Below, in pieces: positions 53,225 through 64,000 of a DNA stretch of 64,000 bases. The stretch is from NCBI RefSeq assembly GCF_006345805.1, contig NC_043012.1:4526001-4590000 (forward strand). The letters are read 5' to 3'. The translations under genes and the position numbers were made by a program. Under the pieces are notes generated by a model. That model did not search any database and was not told where the DNA came from. It saw nothing but the letters and a program-made list of their open reading frames with translations. This stretch comes from Octopus sinensis. Its lineage: Eukaryota. Position 1 is the stretch's first letter. Each line of letters starts with the position of its first letter.

Positions 53225-53630
53225 ATAACTTTAAAAATGTTTGATAGATGCGGTTAATTCATTCTCTCTTACCTTTTTGTGTCACCTTCCAATTGCTGTT
53301 TTTACTGAGATCTCCCTTTTTAGTAGAAGAAATAGCTATAACCCTTTGACTGCTATTTCTAATTCGGTATGTGGTAAGGCAATTCGTTGCTGAACCCTTA
53401 TTGCTTTGTATATAATATATTATATATATAATGTATGTATATGTATGTATATATATGTTGTGTAATATGTGTATTATGGTATGTATTTATATAGATATGT
53501 AATCTTTATATATATCTGTATTATATGCATCTGTCTTGGTTGTTATGTGTATATATGTTGTATCATTATTGGCGTATGTCGTACATGTAATTGTGTATAG
53601 GTATGTTGTGTTGTGTGTGGTATATGTGGG

Positions 53631-53661
<31 letters not shown>

Positions 53662-54739
53662 GTGGGGGTATAGTTGGTGTCTATATCTATATATATGTTA
53701 TATATGTATATGTATAGTATATATAGATATATATATGTATGTGTGTATGGTCTATTGTATGTAATTTTGTGTATGTGTGTGTAACAGTATATATATGTGT
53801 GTGTGTATATATATATATGTTTATATATGTGAGTATGTAGAGATATAAGTATATGCATGGTGTATATGTGTGTGTGTGATATAGATTCTAATATATATAT
53901 ATATATGTATGGGTATGTGTATCCGTGTTATATGTATGTGTGTGTGTATGTTATTATGTATGTGTGTATATATGTATGTGTATATGTGTATGTGTGTGTA
54001 CATATGTGTATATATATATATATAGATGTATGTAGGTGTATTTGTATGTGTGTGTATGTGTGCATGTATGTGTAGGTGTATATGTGTATATATATGTATG
54101 TGTATATGTATGTATATAATGTGTTATGTGTATGTGGTATATATATAATATATATATATATATAATATATATATATAATATAGTATATGTATATATGTGT
54201 ATGTGTGTATATAATAGGTATATATCGAGTGCGCTTGTGGTTGTATGCATATATGTATGTATGCATGTATATGTTATGTATATATGTGTGGAAGTGTGTG
54301 CATATTGTATATGTAATATGTGCGCGTGTATGAGTATGTATGTATCTTGCACACGTGTATAATATATCGTGCGTGTGTATATATATATGGATTCCGTGCG
54401 TGCGTGCACGTGTATGGGTACGCATGTGTATATGTTATGTGCGTGTATGTTGTATGTATGCATATTGTATGTATGCATGTATATGTGTATGTATATATGT
54501 GTGTAAGTGTGTTGCTATAATGATATGTAAGTATGTGTGCGTGTATGAGTATGTATGTATGCTTGCACACGTGTATATATGTGTGTGTGTGTATAATATG
54601 GATGCATGTGCGTGTGGGCACGTGTATGGGTACGCATGTATATTGTATGTGCTTGTATGCGTATACGTGTATGTATGTATGTATGTGTGTGGGCGTATAT
54701 TTGTATATGTATGTGTGAGTGTGTATATATATATATATA

Positions 54740-54779
<40 letters not shown>

Positions 54780-55989
54780 TGGGGGTGTGTGGTATGCGTA
54801 TAAGTGCATGTAAGTATGGATTATGGATTATGTATGTATGTTTACGTATGTATGTGTTTGTGGGTATATGTATGTAGGTGTGTGTATGTATGTGTGTAAT
54901 TATGTATATATATATATCTGTGTGTATATTGTTTGTGTATGTATATATATGTGATGTATGTGTGTGGTCTATATATGGGTGTGTGTGTATGTATGTATGT
55001 ATAATATATATTATATATGTATATATATATATATAATAATGTATTATATATATATATATATGTGGTACATGTATGTGTGGGTATATATATATATATTATA
55101 GGTATGTATCTGTTATGTAGGGGTATATAATGTGTTGTGTGTGTGTGTATGTGTATATGTGTATATATATATATGTATTATTATATATAATATATATTGT
55201 ATATTTATGGGTGTATATATATAGACTAGCCTCCTAAGTGTAGACATGAATCTGTAGGTACGAGTACGTATGTGTATATACGTTAACGTATGTAGATGTT
55301 TTGTATGTATGAATATAACGCGTGCGTACGTGTATGTGTATGAGTGTACGAATGGTGTATGTACGTGCTAATGAGTGTGCGTGGGGGAACGAGTACTTGC
55401 CTTCTAGTAGACAACAATTTGGACATGCTGCCATCGCCAGAGGATCCTTAGCTCTACGATCAAAGATAACAAAAGTAATAAATGAAGATAATAAATTAAA
55501 ATTAGGGAATGGCCTGTATTGGATTGTGTATATATATATATTATATATATATATATCTATATAGTATATTATATATATATATGTGTGTGTATATATGTAT
55601 GTATATATGTATGTGGTATGTGTGTATGTGTAGGTAATGTATAGGCCACATGTGTACGTATGTGTGTGTGTATGTATATGTGTTTATTATGTATGTGCCA
55701 CATTTTATTTTTTTTATTTTTTTATTTTTTATTTTTTTATTTTTTTATTTTTTTATTTATCTATTCTTTCATCTAACTTACCACTGACTCCTGGACCACT
55801 CCCCCAGTATGATATTTTGCGCTATGCCTACCCCCAAAAAAGTCCCCCACCACCACTCCTTTAAACCTGCCTAAATGTATAAATGCTAATACAATCTTGT
55901 TAAATAGCTTCCTGAAGATTTCTCTTGAATGAAACGTACTAGTCCTGTAGAAGCTCCTTCTATATAATAAATAATATATATATATATAT

Positions 55990-56024
<35 letters not shown>

Positions 56025-56077
56025 TGAGAGAGAACAAGTGTGCGCACGCCGCTATATATGTATATAAATATATATAT

Positions 56078-56146
<69 letters not shown>

Positions 56147-56444
56147 CAAAATGGGACAAGATGTCAAAACATCCGGACAACGATGTGATACAAAAAGGGA
56201 CAACAAAACATCAAGATAGACGATACAAAAAAACAAGGACGGGTCATTCGAAGCTTTCTATCCTCAGTCAAGAACCGGATCATCCTCGAAATTTCGGCTG
56301 ATTAATCTTGAGATTGCTCCAATCTGGCTAACCCCAAGGAAAAACTAAGCTAAGAGCATTAGATTCCTTGGCAGAAAGCATCCAATGTATACGAAAACAA
56401 GGACAGAAAACAGACGATGTTACACAAATATAAATATAAAATAC

Positions 56445-56493
<49 letters not shown>

Positions 56494-56769
56494 GGACATA
56501 ATATATATATATATGATGGCCGTCCAATCGTAACCGAAGAAGACGATTGTTGACCTTCAGGAACATTGAACGCTCTAGGACTACATTACATTTTGCATTT
56601 ACGGCTCGGTTGGTGGCTAGTGAGCCCTGCTCTTAACAAGCATACCCGACTGCAAACATTGCAGACCAAACTTTCCCCATTCACTATACCAGCAGTGCGC
56701 TTTCGAGCAGCACGCTTAAGTTCTTCATGCAGAATACGTGTTCTCTCACACGCAAATATATATATACTC

Positions 56770-57172
56770 TTTTACTCTTTCACTTGTTTCAGTCATGTGA
56801 CTGTGGCCATGCTGGAGCACCGCCTTTAGTCGATCAAATCGACCCCAGGACTTATTCTTTTTAAGCCTAGTACATATTTTATCGGTCTCTTTTTTGCCGA
56901 ACCGCTAAGTTACGGGGACGTAAACACACCAGCATCGGTTGTCAAGCGATGTTGCGGGGACAAACACAGACACACAAACACGCATATATATATATATACA
57001 CATATATACGACGGGCTTCTTTCAGTTTCCATCTATCAAATCCACTCACAAGTCTTTGGTCGGCCCGAGGCTATAGTAGAAGACACTTGCCCAAGGTGCC
57101 ACGAAGTGTCACTGAACCCGGAACCATGTGGTTCCTGAGCAAGCTACTTACCTCACAGCCACACCTACGTCT
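56770..57172 (-). mobile_element. SINE family C with internal microsatellite. Related copies at ~4805-5245, 44188-44365 (-) and 13903-14530, 15203-15360, 27383-27535, 36440-36605, 39965-40050, 62493-62910 (+)
   Basis: Shared gtggctgtgtggtaag...ggttcagtccca...ctcgggccgaccaaagcc...gacggaaactgaaagaagc block. Confidence 0.85.
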
Positions 57173-57351
57173 ATATGTAAATATATATATAACGTACTAT
57201 GATTAGTTCAACATGTGTAAGAGCGAAGTGTGGATCAGCGAGTGCACGCATGCGTGTGTTTCTGTATGTGTGTAGATATGTGTCTGTGAGTGAGATTTTG
57301 TTTGTGAAGGGCGGGGGGATATTTGTGAATATTTCAAAATGAAAGGTTTAC

Positions 57352-57580
57352 CTTTAAAATCAAATCTATGACGTCTTTGTTATCGTGGAACTGTATATCT
57401 TTCCAGTGAATTCCTTCCTTTTCGTACTCTTCTTGTTCCCGCCTGATGACATTCGTCAGAAAGATTTGGTGAAGCACTTCGTTGGCTGTGTTAATCAGCA
57501 ACTGTTCAAACCCGTTCACAGAAAGCTTTTCAAAGCCAGATATGTCCAAGAGACTAATTGAAGGAGACTTACGACTAGTT
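57352..57580 (-). CDS. CHS: Myosin-motor exon with switch II and relay helix (LLDISGFEKLSVNGFEQLLINTANE...), phase 2 to 0
   Basis: atacag acceptor, GTAAAC donor. The ORF track lists this ORF as + but the peptide is encoded on the minus strand. Confidence 0.95.
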
Positions 57581-58652
57581 CTGTATAGAGACGGCGACAT
57601 AAGATAAATAGAAGCAGAAGCGAATTATTGTAAAGAAGCAAGTACAGAATTATAGTAAAGAAGCAAGTACAGAATGAGTGAAAAAGCGAAGAACTATTAT
57701 TTCTTTGTTTAAAGGAATTATACTTTTAGGTTATAATAAAATGTCTGCCTTTTCACATTCCAACTGGTTTCTCATCAGAAGCCAATGTAACAGCTCTGGT
57801 CTTTGCAAGTCACGAAAATATTTAATGAATTAAGAGACTGGGATACCATCTATATTGAAGTAGAACCCTCAGTGAAGGCTATTGTTCCTTTCTAAAAACC
57901 TAAACTGTAAATGCGGTGTTCAGGTCAATAGAGGTATCAGGGAACTCAACTAGACTCCAGCGGTTCGTGTTTTGTTACCGGCAGTTGAAGTAGTTGCAAT
58001 AGATTGAATCAACTGATCTACGTTACAGCCATGTATTTTTAGGACACTTTAAGCTTGAGTGATAAAGTTGCGGCATTTGAACTCAGAACGTAAAAGAGAC
58101 ACATTTTGAGAAGGGGTTCGCAGGATATTTAATAGATCCCAATACTTGATTGTTTTAGATTACAAGTAATTTAAAAGAAATCTGAAAAAAGTGACGTAGT
58201 TTTTCGAAGTTTTAAATCAGAAAAAACAAAACAAAACAATGGTAGACTTCACTTAAGGAAAATGCCATACATTTTAAGGAATGGTGGGACATTTAAGAGA
58301 GTTCCAGAACTTAACTGGTAATATATTTTGTTGCCCCGTAGAAAATATAAGTCTAAGTCACTCTCAAGAGAATATGAACTCAGAATAAATACAGTACTAC
58401 ATTTTGTTCAGAGTTCTTCCAGTTTTGCCATCAACGATTTTCGGATGATGGGTAAAAGATCAATTTAAGCGATCCCAGTTAGTTGAGTTCGTTATCGGAT
58501 TTGAAGGCAATTGAACTTAGATTCAGAGGAAGGTGACTAAATACCACAAGATCTTACGTTTCATTCGTTCGTCCAACCACCATTATTGTCGAGAACAAAT
58601 TAAAACAAAGACATCCTAACTAGATGGAAATAGACATTCAACATTACTTAAC

Positions 58653-58803
58653 TGTATACAGGCCTCAGGGGATACACTCTCCTTCAATTTGCTGTTGATT
58701 TGATCAATGACACAGGTGAAGAGGAGGGAGTAGAGTTCTTTAGCTAAAGCATCTCGGCCTTCGTTTGCTTCTACTATTCTTTTGCGTTTGGTAATCTTTT
58801 GAC
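58653..58803 (-). CDS. CHS: Myosin-motor exon (QKITKRK...GRDALAKELYSLLFTCVIDQINSKL...), phase 1 to 2
   Basis: RDALAK-LY motif; tag acceptor. Donor GTTAAG was chosen for phase compatibility, so the exact 3' end is less certain. Confidence 0.85.
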
Positions 58804-59078
58804 CTAGTATGTGTAACGAAAGAGAACATCAATGATAAGCATAGTTAAGACTTTGGCTCAGATCTATCGACTGAAAGTGAAGTGTGACAACAACACCATT
58901 ACCTCCCCACCATTAAAAGTAACCAATCAAAAAACATAGCAAAAAAACAAAACGCGGAAGTGATTAACAAAACAGTCAAGAGCTATCGATAGATTATCCA
59001 CTACAAGGTTGCTAGGCTTGCAAGAAATACTAGATACATATTCCTTAAAACCAGGATACTATCACCGTAAAGCAAACA

Positions 59079-59128
<50 letters not shown>

Positions 59129-59289
59129 GTACTAGCACACAATCACACACAATAAACAAACGTTATACACATATATACACGTATCACTTTTATCTAGTGT
59201 GTATTTTCCCGTCTTCCATAGGTACATTCATGAATATCATGTTTTATTAAATAAAAGAAGCATAAAAAACAAAGGATTCGGTACTCAAC

Positions 59290-59361
59290 CTTTCACGAAT
59301 AAGGATTTCCTTATCAAAGCTTCGTAAAGAACGTCTTCCTGGAGTGTTAGAAGGTTCTCAA
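59290..59361 (-). CDS. CHS: Myosin-motor exon (VENLLTLQEDVLYEALIRKSLFVK), phase 1 to 1
   Basis: tttcag acceptor, GTTGAG donor, 72 nt; phases fit both neighbours. Confidence 0.85.
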
Positions 59362-59922
59362 CTGAAATATTTATAAAAAATATACAAAGTTATTAAAGAC
59401 ATATTTATATCTGAGACACAGAAACACATACATGCAGCTCCCTCTATCTCAAAACTCAGCTTAAAGCCACAATAGAAAGCTGCTTTAAAATCGAGGACGA
59501 ACTGACATCCAAGGCCGCATCCAGAAAGAAAAAAGAGCCATCAGGCGGTTCTGCATAAAATCACTCACAGACACGCTCTAACCGCTGGCTCACAGACGTG
59601 TTATCTCGCCTCTCTCTGTTTTTTTCTACCGCAACTATAATGTCTAATGCTCCTTAGAGCTTGCTGGGCTCATGCCATCTTCAATCAGGCATTCCTGATA
59701 TACGTTCCACTCTCACCAGGCCTCACACTAATCACTATGCTCAGTCCCGGAGCGTTGCTCCTCAGGAATCTTCGGTCTTTCTCGAATGAGATGACCGACA
59801 AAGGTTCAACAGGAAAGTCAAGTGCACCAACTTCACTGATTTAGGAGGAATCGAGCAGGCTAAAGTTCCAGTAAGTAATATGTTGTATACATATACACAC
59901 ATACATACATGCATGTCCATCA

Positions 59923-60011
<89 letters not shown>

Positions 60012-60012
60012 A

Positions 60013-60069
<57 letters not shown>

Positions 60070-60287
60070 GATAGATAGATACATACATACATACATACAT
60101 ACATACATACATACATACTACATACATACATACATACATACATACATACACACATACATACATACGTAATATTATAATAAAAGTCATAAGTGTTATGGAA
60201 TTCAGCTACCGAAGGTTTTCTGGCCGAAACATTAATTTATTTCACTATTTTTCAAGCTAAGAACAAAACCTCGCAAAATAATAATAA

Positions 60288-60366
<79 letters not shown>

Positions 60367-60616
60367 AAGACCTGACCGGTTCTCTCCCTTTGAAAGAAAA
60401 TTCTTCCTCCCTTGTAATGTGTCAAAAGCACAATACCACCCCCCACGCATGTATATTTAATATATCGGAGGGACATGATTTTCGTCCACCCCCGATAGTT
60501 TAGTCAATACCATGGTACAGTAATATACATACATATACATATACGCATATATGCAGATTACAAACACACGCACGCATACAACTATACGCACACACACATA
60601 CATATATGTACATATA

Positions 60617-60683
<67 letters not shown>

Positions 60684-60803
60684 ATATATACACATACACA
60701 TATATATATAGTTTACATATCTATCTATACACACACACACAGAGGCATTCATTGTATACTATCACAAATACGGTCACATCATATATAATGGAATAGTACC
60801 TAC

Positions 60804-60933
60804 CGTTGCTTATGATTAGCTTACTCTCATTTGGTACGTCGATCTCCCCATCCTCGGCTTCCTCATCCACTTCGAAGTTTATATTAGTTAAATTAAGTAC
60901 GGCCGATAAAACATTGTACATATCAGTGACTTC
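60804..60933 (-). CDS. CHS: Myosin-motor exon (EVTDMYNVLSAVLNLTNINF...), phase 0 to 1
   Basis: aacag acceptor, GTAGGT donor; resembles the myosin 'ILAAILNLGNIEF' region. Confidence 0.88.
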
Positions 60934-61967
60934 CTGTTAACAGAATAAACGAGACTTAAAAAAACGCGTTATAACAAAATCATGGAATTCCAAAAGATGG
61001 TTAATGTAGTGATGTCATCGTTATGATCTGTAGAAAGCGGCGTGCTGGCAGAATCGTTAGCACATCGGACAAAATGCTTAGTGACATTTCTTCCTTAGTT
61101 CAAATCACGCTGTGGTCAATTTTGCCCTTCACCCTTCTGAGGTCGATGAAATGAATTACCAGTAAAATACTGTGGTCGATGTAATCGACTAACCTCCATT
61201 CTCGAATTTCAGGCTTTGTGCTTATATTAGAGATAAAAATTGTGCTTGTTACAAAAAAAAAAAAAAACAATAATGTAAACGGATAATATTTCGGAGGTTA
61301 ACGTTAAAGGTGTTCGCTCATTGAATTAGTATGTAAATAGATGAGTATTCCACAGATACACGTGTATAGAGGGCCAGAGCAAGTCCCATAAAGGCCCTAC
61401 GCATTTAAAAGATTTTGGTGCCCCCATATATATGGGATTCAAAATTTAAACAATAAAACATTAAATGAATGTTAGTTTTTCAAATTGAAACAAAACTAAC
61501 AGTAAAATGGAAAATAATGTTTATTTTTGTATATTTCCAGTTTGTATTTGAAAAGTTTCTTCCTGCTTTTTTTTAATCACAAAGTCTTTGATTAGATCCT
61601 CACTATGACACTATGAATAATCTGAGATTATATTGCTAATTGTATCGTATAATAATTCTGCTTGTCATTGCGTTACTTTGCCCGTCGGTCTCGCTTTCAC
61701 GTGATTAGTTGAAGGGAAACAGAGGGGAAAGAAAAGGAGAGAGAAAAAGAGAATTAGGCGAAGAGTGAGACAGAAAGTGGGAGAAAGAAAGAAAGAAAGA
61801 AAGAGAGAGAGGGAGAGAGAGAAGCGTCCATGATGTGAGGTAGGGAGAACGTAATAGTTACTACGTGGTTAAAAAAGTTAGTTGAATGTACAGGAGGAGA
61901 GTTAAGAATATAATTTTAGCAGAGGAGTGATGTTCTGATGCTGAGGTTACAGGAAGGTAGAGGAGAG

Positions 61968-62031
<64 letters not shown>

Positions 62032-62636
62032 GAGTGAGAGAGAGAGAAGGAGAGTGAGAGAGTGAGAGAGAGTGAGAGGGAGGGAGAGAGATTTCTAATA
62101 CAAGGCTTGAGTCCAAGTGCCTCCGTTAAAGAAATGATTATAAAATAAAAACAAAGAACAAAAGAAACATCTTAACAAGATGCCAAGCGAAAGGCTTCAC
62201 TATTCAGCCATTTGTGTGCCCGTTAATTGATAGTCCTATGATACTGTATGATGCGAGAGGTTCCGTGACTGAGAATGGTGTTGGATTGGCAGTGGGACTG
62301 ATTCAAAAGAGAACAGTATATCACATTTAGTTATGGTGTTTTATGTTCTCAGTTCAAGTAATACGAAACATGTTAATTATTTGTAACAATATAATCGACT
62401 GTGCCCCCCTCTCAATCTCACAAAGTTCTTTCGCATAAATTAGAAAGAAATGTAAAAGGATATTTAATGTATATATGTATATATACACATTAAGGAGTGG
62501 TTTGGTTATGCATCATTCCGGGTTCAGTCTCACTGCGTGGCACCTTGGGCAAGTGTTTTCTACTATAGCCTTGGGCCGACCAAAGCCTTGTGAGCGGATT
62601 TGGTAGACGGAAACTGAAAGAAGCTCATCGTATATA

Positions 62637-62684
<48 letters not shown>

Positions 62685-62729
62685 ATGTGTGTGTGTGTGT
62701 GTGTGTGCCTGTGTGCGCGCGCGTGTGTG

Positions 62730-62774
<45 letters not shown>

Positions 62775-63029
62775 TTTGCGTCTGTTTGTACCCTACTATC
62801 GCTTCACAACCGATATTGGTGTGTTTACGTCCCCGTAAATAAGTCTAGGGGCGATTTGTTCGACTATAAAACGGTGCTCGAACATTGCCGCAGCCACATG
62901 ACTGAATCAAATAAAAGAATATATATATGCATATATATATGTATGTATTTCTATGTTTGTATATATGTATATACACATACACACGTACATATATATGCCT
63001 ATACCTATACACATGTATATGCTCGTATA

Positions 63030-63102
<73 letters not shown>

Positions 63103-63166
63103 TGTTTATGTGTGCGTGTGTATGTGTGTATTACTGAAATATTGAAAGAACAAAAGTGGCACTCAC

Positions 63167-63287
63167 CAAATTATCGAATCCGATCTTTTGTAGGGCCTCT
63201 TCTAATGATGCAAATTTATGAATGTAGTTATTGTAATCTTCGTTGTTGTCGAATACAGGTGCCATTTCATCTTCACCTTGCACAATC
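63167..63287 (-). CDS. CHS: Myosin-motor exon (IVQGEDEMAPVF...EEALQKIGFDNL), phase 2 to 0
   Basis: catcag acceptor, GTGAGT donor, 121 nt open; joins in frame to 60933. Confidence 0.85.
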
Positions 63288-63583
63288 CTGATGATCAGAT
63301 AGAACAACAAAATGGATAAAAAATTACGAAATCCATTTTTAAGTACTTCGCTTCCTCCCTGCGCTCACAAAAAAAAAGAACCCCCTCCAAAAAACCCCTC
63401 ATCGAAGCAACAATCGTTCTGAAACCTTCAGAATCGTCTTTCCTTAACGTTAAATAAACTTATCAAAACTCCTCTATAATTTTTGGCTAATGCAGACTAC
63501 CACAAGTTATGCTCGGAAACGTTATTCATTATTTACATTATTTATATTTGATGGATATTTGTCCTCATCTTTTTTTTATGTTA

Positions 63584-63627
63584 ACACAACATTTCGGCTG
63601 ATATACTCTCCAACCTTCATTAGGTGT
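63584..63627 (-). ncRNA. Decayed minimal hammerhead (CTAATGA core)
   Basis: ACAC-CTAATGA-A-GGTTG...CAGCC-GAAAT-GTT-GTGT. Confidence 0.55.
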
Positions 63628-63721
63628 CTTGGGGAAATTTCGAACCTGGGTTCTCATTCCTAAAGTATTTTTCTATGTTATTATCACCGCCACCACCACC
63701 ACCACCACCACCACCACCACC

Positions 63722-63788
<67 letters not shown>

Positions 63789-63789
63789 C

Positions 63790-63820
<31 letters not shown>

Positions 63821-63942
63821 TATGGGTTTTTCTTCTTTCAAATTTGCTTCCATTTCTTGCCGAGTGTCTTCCCGACTCCTAGGGCAAAGAAACTCATAGT
63901 ATACATTGGTAGGCCATTAAACTAAACTCACTAGTTCGTTCA

Positions 63943-64000
<58 letters not shown>

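Larger units (their letters stand above)
49123..53406 (+). repeat. Head-to-tail array of a ~598-bp unit (7 full copies plus ~95 bp), retrozyme-like
   Basis: Unit starts at 49123, 49721, 50322, 50920, 51516, 52115, 52711 and 53311. Copies differ mostly by single-base indels. Confidence 0.97.
46388..55972. repeat. Large imperfect palindrome (arms ~2.6 kb, axis near 49030), right arm interrupted by the HHR array
   Basis: Unique segments 46390-46600 and 46840-47130 recur reverse-complemented at about 55760-55970 and 55225-55520. Microsatellite strand polarity flips near 49030. Confidence 0.9.

Noticed and set aside
49123-53406. CRISPR array or mitochondrial control-region (NUMT) reading of the tandem array
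   Set aside because: The units are whole-length near-identical 598-mers with no unique spacers and no recognisable mitochondrial genes or tRNAs.
56230-56275. Minus-strand CTGAGGA...GAATGACCCGTC hammerhead-like string
   Set aside because: No GAAA core and no helix I complementarity.
57334-57600. ORF track entry on the + strand, suggesting an antisense gene
   Set aside because: The peptide is encoded on the minus strand (stop tca at 57334-57336, cat at 57598-57600). It is a host exon and the strand label is wrong.
59500-59860. Possible decayed reverse transcriptase fragment
   Set aside because: Only a faint LDFKAAF-like string amid many stops, which is not supportable without a profile search.

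Overview
Intron-rich, microsatellite-rich animal genomic DNA, inferred to be octopus from its SINE and microsatellite content and the molluscan gene architecture. One gene spans the whole window on the minus strand and runs off both ends: a myosin-motor/chitin synthase fusion. I reconstructed 19 phase-compatible exons by hand, most of them absent from the ORF track, plus 3 uncertain exons in the loop-2 region. Introns hold tRNA-derived SINEs, R4/Dong-like and RTE LINE fragments, a decayed mariner, MITEs, Penelope-like (PLE) GIY-YIG relics and a 100-N gap. The main finding is at 49123-53406: a head-to-tail array of about 7.2 copies of a ~598-bp non-coding unit. Six of the seven full units carry an intact type I hammerhead ribozyme (HHR) core and the seventh has a 1-nt core deletion. 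The rest of the unit is rich in hairpins, which fits a retrozyme-like element that could produce circular RNA. The array lies inside a ~2.6-kb-arm palindrome that may be partly an assembly artefact. Further solo intact or decayed hammerheads occur elsewhere in the introns, and the intact ones are antisense to the host gene. All structures were read by eye; no folding, alignment or database search was run.
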